A stretch of 35,093 bases of DNA from positions 1 through 35,093 of the forward strand of contig JAYTHH010000221.1 of the NCBI GenBank assembly GCA_043732745.1. The letters run 5' to 3'. Made by a program: the position numbers and the translations under genes. Below the pieces are notes generated by a model, which saw only the letters and a program-made list of their open reading frames with translations, did not search any database and was not told the origin of the DNA. This DNA comes from Rhodospirillales bacterium (lineage in GTDB: Bacteria > Pseudomonadota > Alphaproteobacteria > Acetobacterales > Acetobacteraceae). Positions 33,921 to 35,093 of the stretch are shown here, in pieces. How positions within the stretch are numbered: the first letter of the stretch is position 1; the number at the start of each line of letters is the position of its first letter.

Positions 33921-35093
33921 ATGCCCGATTCTGTTGCAGGTTTGCCGAACGACAAGCAGACCGCCATCCGCCGCATCACCGACCGCATCGAGGCCGGGCT
34001 GATCGAGGTCCGGCGTGATCTGCACGCACATCCCGAACTGGCGTTCGAGGAGGTGCGCACCGCCGGCGTGGTGTCGCGCGAGCTGACTCGCCTGGGCATC
34101 GCGCATACCACCGGCATCGCCAAGACCGGCGTGGTCGCGATGATCCAGGGCGGACGTCCCGGCCCGGTCCTGGCCATCCGTGCGGACATGGACGCGCTGC
34201 CAATCCTGGAACAGAGCGGGCTGCCGTTCGCCAGCACCATCCCCGGCCTGATGCATGCCTGCGGCCATGATATCCACACCACCACGCTGCTTGGCGTCGC
34301 CGCCGTGCTGGCCGAACTGGCGCCGTCGCTGGCCGGAAGCGTGAAGCTCATTTTCCAGCCGGCCGAGGAGGCCATCGGCGGCGCGGAGAAAATGATCGCG
34401 GAAGGCGTGCTGGAATCCCCGCATGTCGACATGGCTCTGGGCTTTCACAACTATCCGCATCTGCCCGTGGGCAGCTTCGGCTTCTGCCCCGGCCCGGCGC
34501 TGGCGGCGGCGGACACGTTCGAGGTGGTGGTGCATGGCAAATCCGGCCACGCCGCCCACCCGTATGCCGCGGTCGACCCCATCGTGGCGGCCGCCCAACT
34601 GATCTCGCAGCTGCAGACCGTGGTTTCGCGCGAGGTGCGGCCGCTGCATCCGGTCGTGGTGACGGTGGGCGCCATCCATGGCGGCGTCGCGGCCAACATC
34701 ATCCCCGACACCGTCACCTTCAAAGGCACGGTGCGCACGCTGCATGCCGAGGCGCAGGACACCGCCGAAGCCGCCATCCACCGGCTCTGCGCGGGCATGG
34801 CCGAGGGCATGCGGGTGCGCTGCGATGTCACCTATACCCGGGGCGTGCCGGCGATGCTGAACAACGACCGCGTGCTGGAGCCGACGGTGGCGGCCGTCCG
34901 CCTGCAACTCGGCGATGTCATCCATCGCACCGAGCCCAGCATGGGGGCCGAGGATTTCGCGCTGATGTCACAGGTTCTGCCGGCGTTCCAGCTCGGCATC
35001 GGCTCGGGCGCGCCTGGGCGGGCCGATCGGCTGCACAATTCGGCGTATTCGCCGGACGAGGCCTGCATCGGGCTTGGCGTGCAGGCGCTGTCG
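33921..35093 (+). CDS. M20D-family amidohydrolase (N-acyl-L-amino-acid amidohydrolase / hippurate hydrolase-like), 3' end truncated by the window
   Basis: This gene is not in the ORF track because it is open-ended; I translated it by hand. The product reads MPDSVAGLPNDKQTAIRRITDRIEAGLIEVRRDLHAHPELAFEE...AIRADMDALP...MHACGHDIHTT...FQPAEE...VHGKSGHAAHP...GAEDFA. An in-frame ATG at 33909 is an alternative start. The minus-strand ORFs 33884..34432 and 33912..34925 are shadow ORFs. Confidence 0.88.
   Translation, partial: MPDSVAGLPNDKQTAIRRITDRIEAGLIEVRRDLHAHPELAFEEVRTAGVVSRELTRLGIAHTTGIAKTGVVAMIQGGRPGPVLAIRADMDALPILEQSGLPFASTIPGLMHACGHDIHTTTLLGVAAVLAELAPSLAGSVKLIFQPAEEAIGGAEKMIAEGVLESPHVDMALGFHNYPHLPVGSFGFCPGPALAAADTFEVVVHGKSGHAAHPYAAVDPIVAAAQLISQLQTVVSREVRPLHPVVVTVGAIHGGVAANIIPDTVTFKGTVRTLHAEAQDTAEAAIHRLCAGMAEGMRVRCDVTYTRGVPAMLNNDRVLEPTVAAVRLQLGDVIHRTEPSMGAEDFALMSQVLPAFQLGIGSGAPGRADRLHNSAYSPDEACIGLGVQALS

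Noticed and set aside
33884-34925. Minus-strand ORFs 33884..34432 and 33912..34925.
   Set aside because: Hand translation of the + strand from 33921 gives a clean M20D amidohydrolase running to the window end. It is missing from the track only because it is open-ended. The minus-strand ORFs are its shadows.

Overview
This is a high-GC, gene-dense chromosomal stretch that looks alphaproteobacterial. The pointers are an HWE-type kinase, a Host_attach protein, a DEAD-box helicase with a GFGDxxPAF tail, and MdtABC-type efflux. I support about 28 protein genes and found no rRNA, tRNA, CRISPR array, transposase, integrase or phage gene. From left to right the window holds: an IscA/HesB Fe-S carrier; a DUF4864 protein; then on the minus strand a Host_attach protein, a RumA/TrmA-type RNA methyltransferase, glutaryl-CoA dehydrogenase and a DEAD-box helicase; an alpha/beta hydrolase; an orphan 155-aa protein; a divergent bacteriophytochrome (PAS-GAF-PHY + HWE kinase + receiver); a four-gene RND efflux operon (NodT-family OMF, MdtA, MdtB, MdtC); a MaoC dehydratase + CitE-like CoA-ester lyase pair divergent from a liv-type ABC importer with two tandem Tat-signal binding proteins; a 13-TM GT-C-like membrane protein; a DUF1345 membrane protein with atypical codon usage; an M81 (MlrC-like) protein; a YeiH-family membrane protein; GDP-mannose pyrophosphorylase/PMI; and a truncated M20D amidohydrolase. 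I do not see a defence island or mobile element. Most of the window is ordinary core metabolism and transport. The most unusual item I can defend is the bacteriophytochrome, in which the near-universal chromophore-pocket His of the GAF domain is a Cys and no heme oxygenase gene lies nearby. Secondary items are the MaoC/CitE + dual-SBP ABC module, the unassigned GT-C-like protein, several structured intergenic elements, and a candidate small ORF. All family assignments come from motif recognition by eye. No database search was run.
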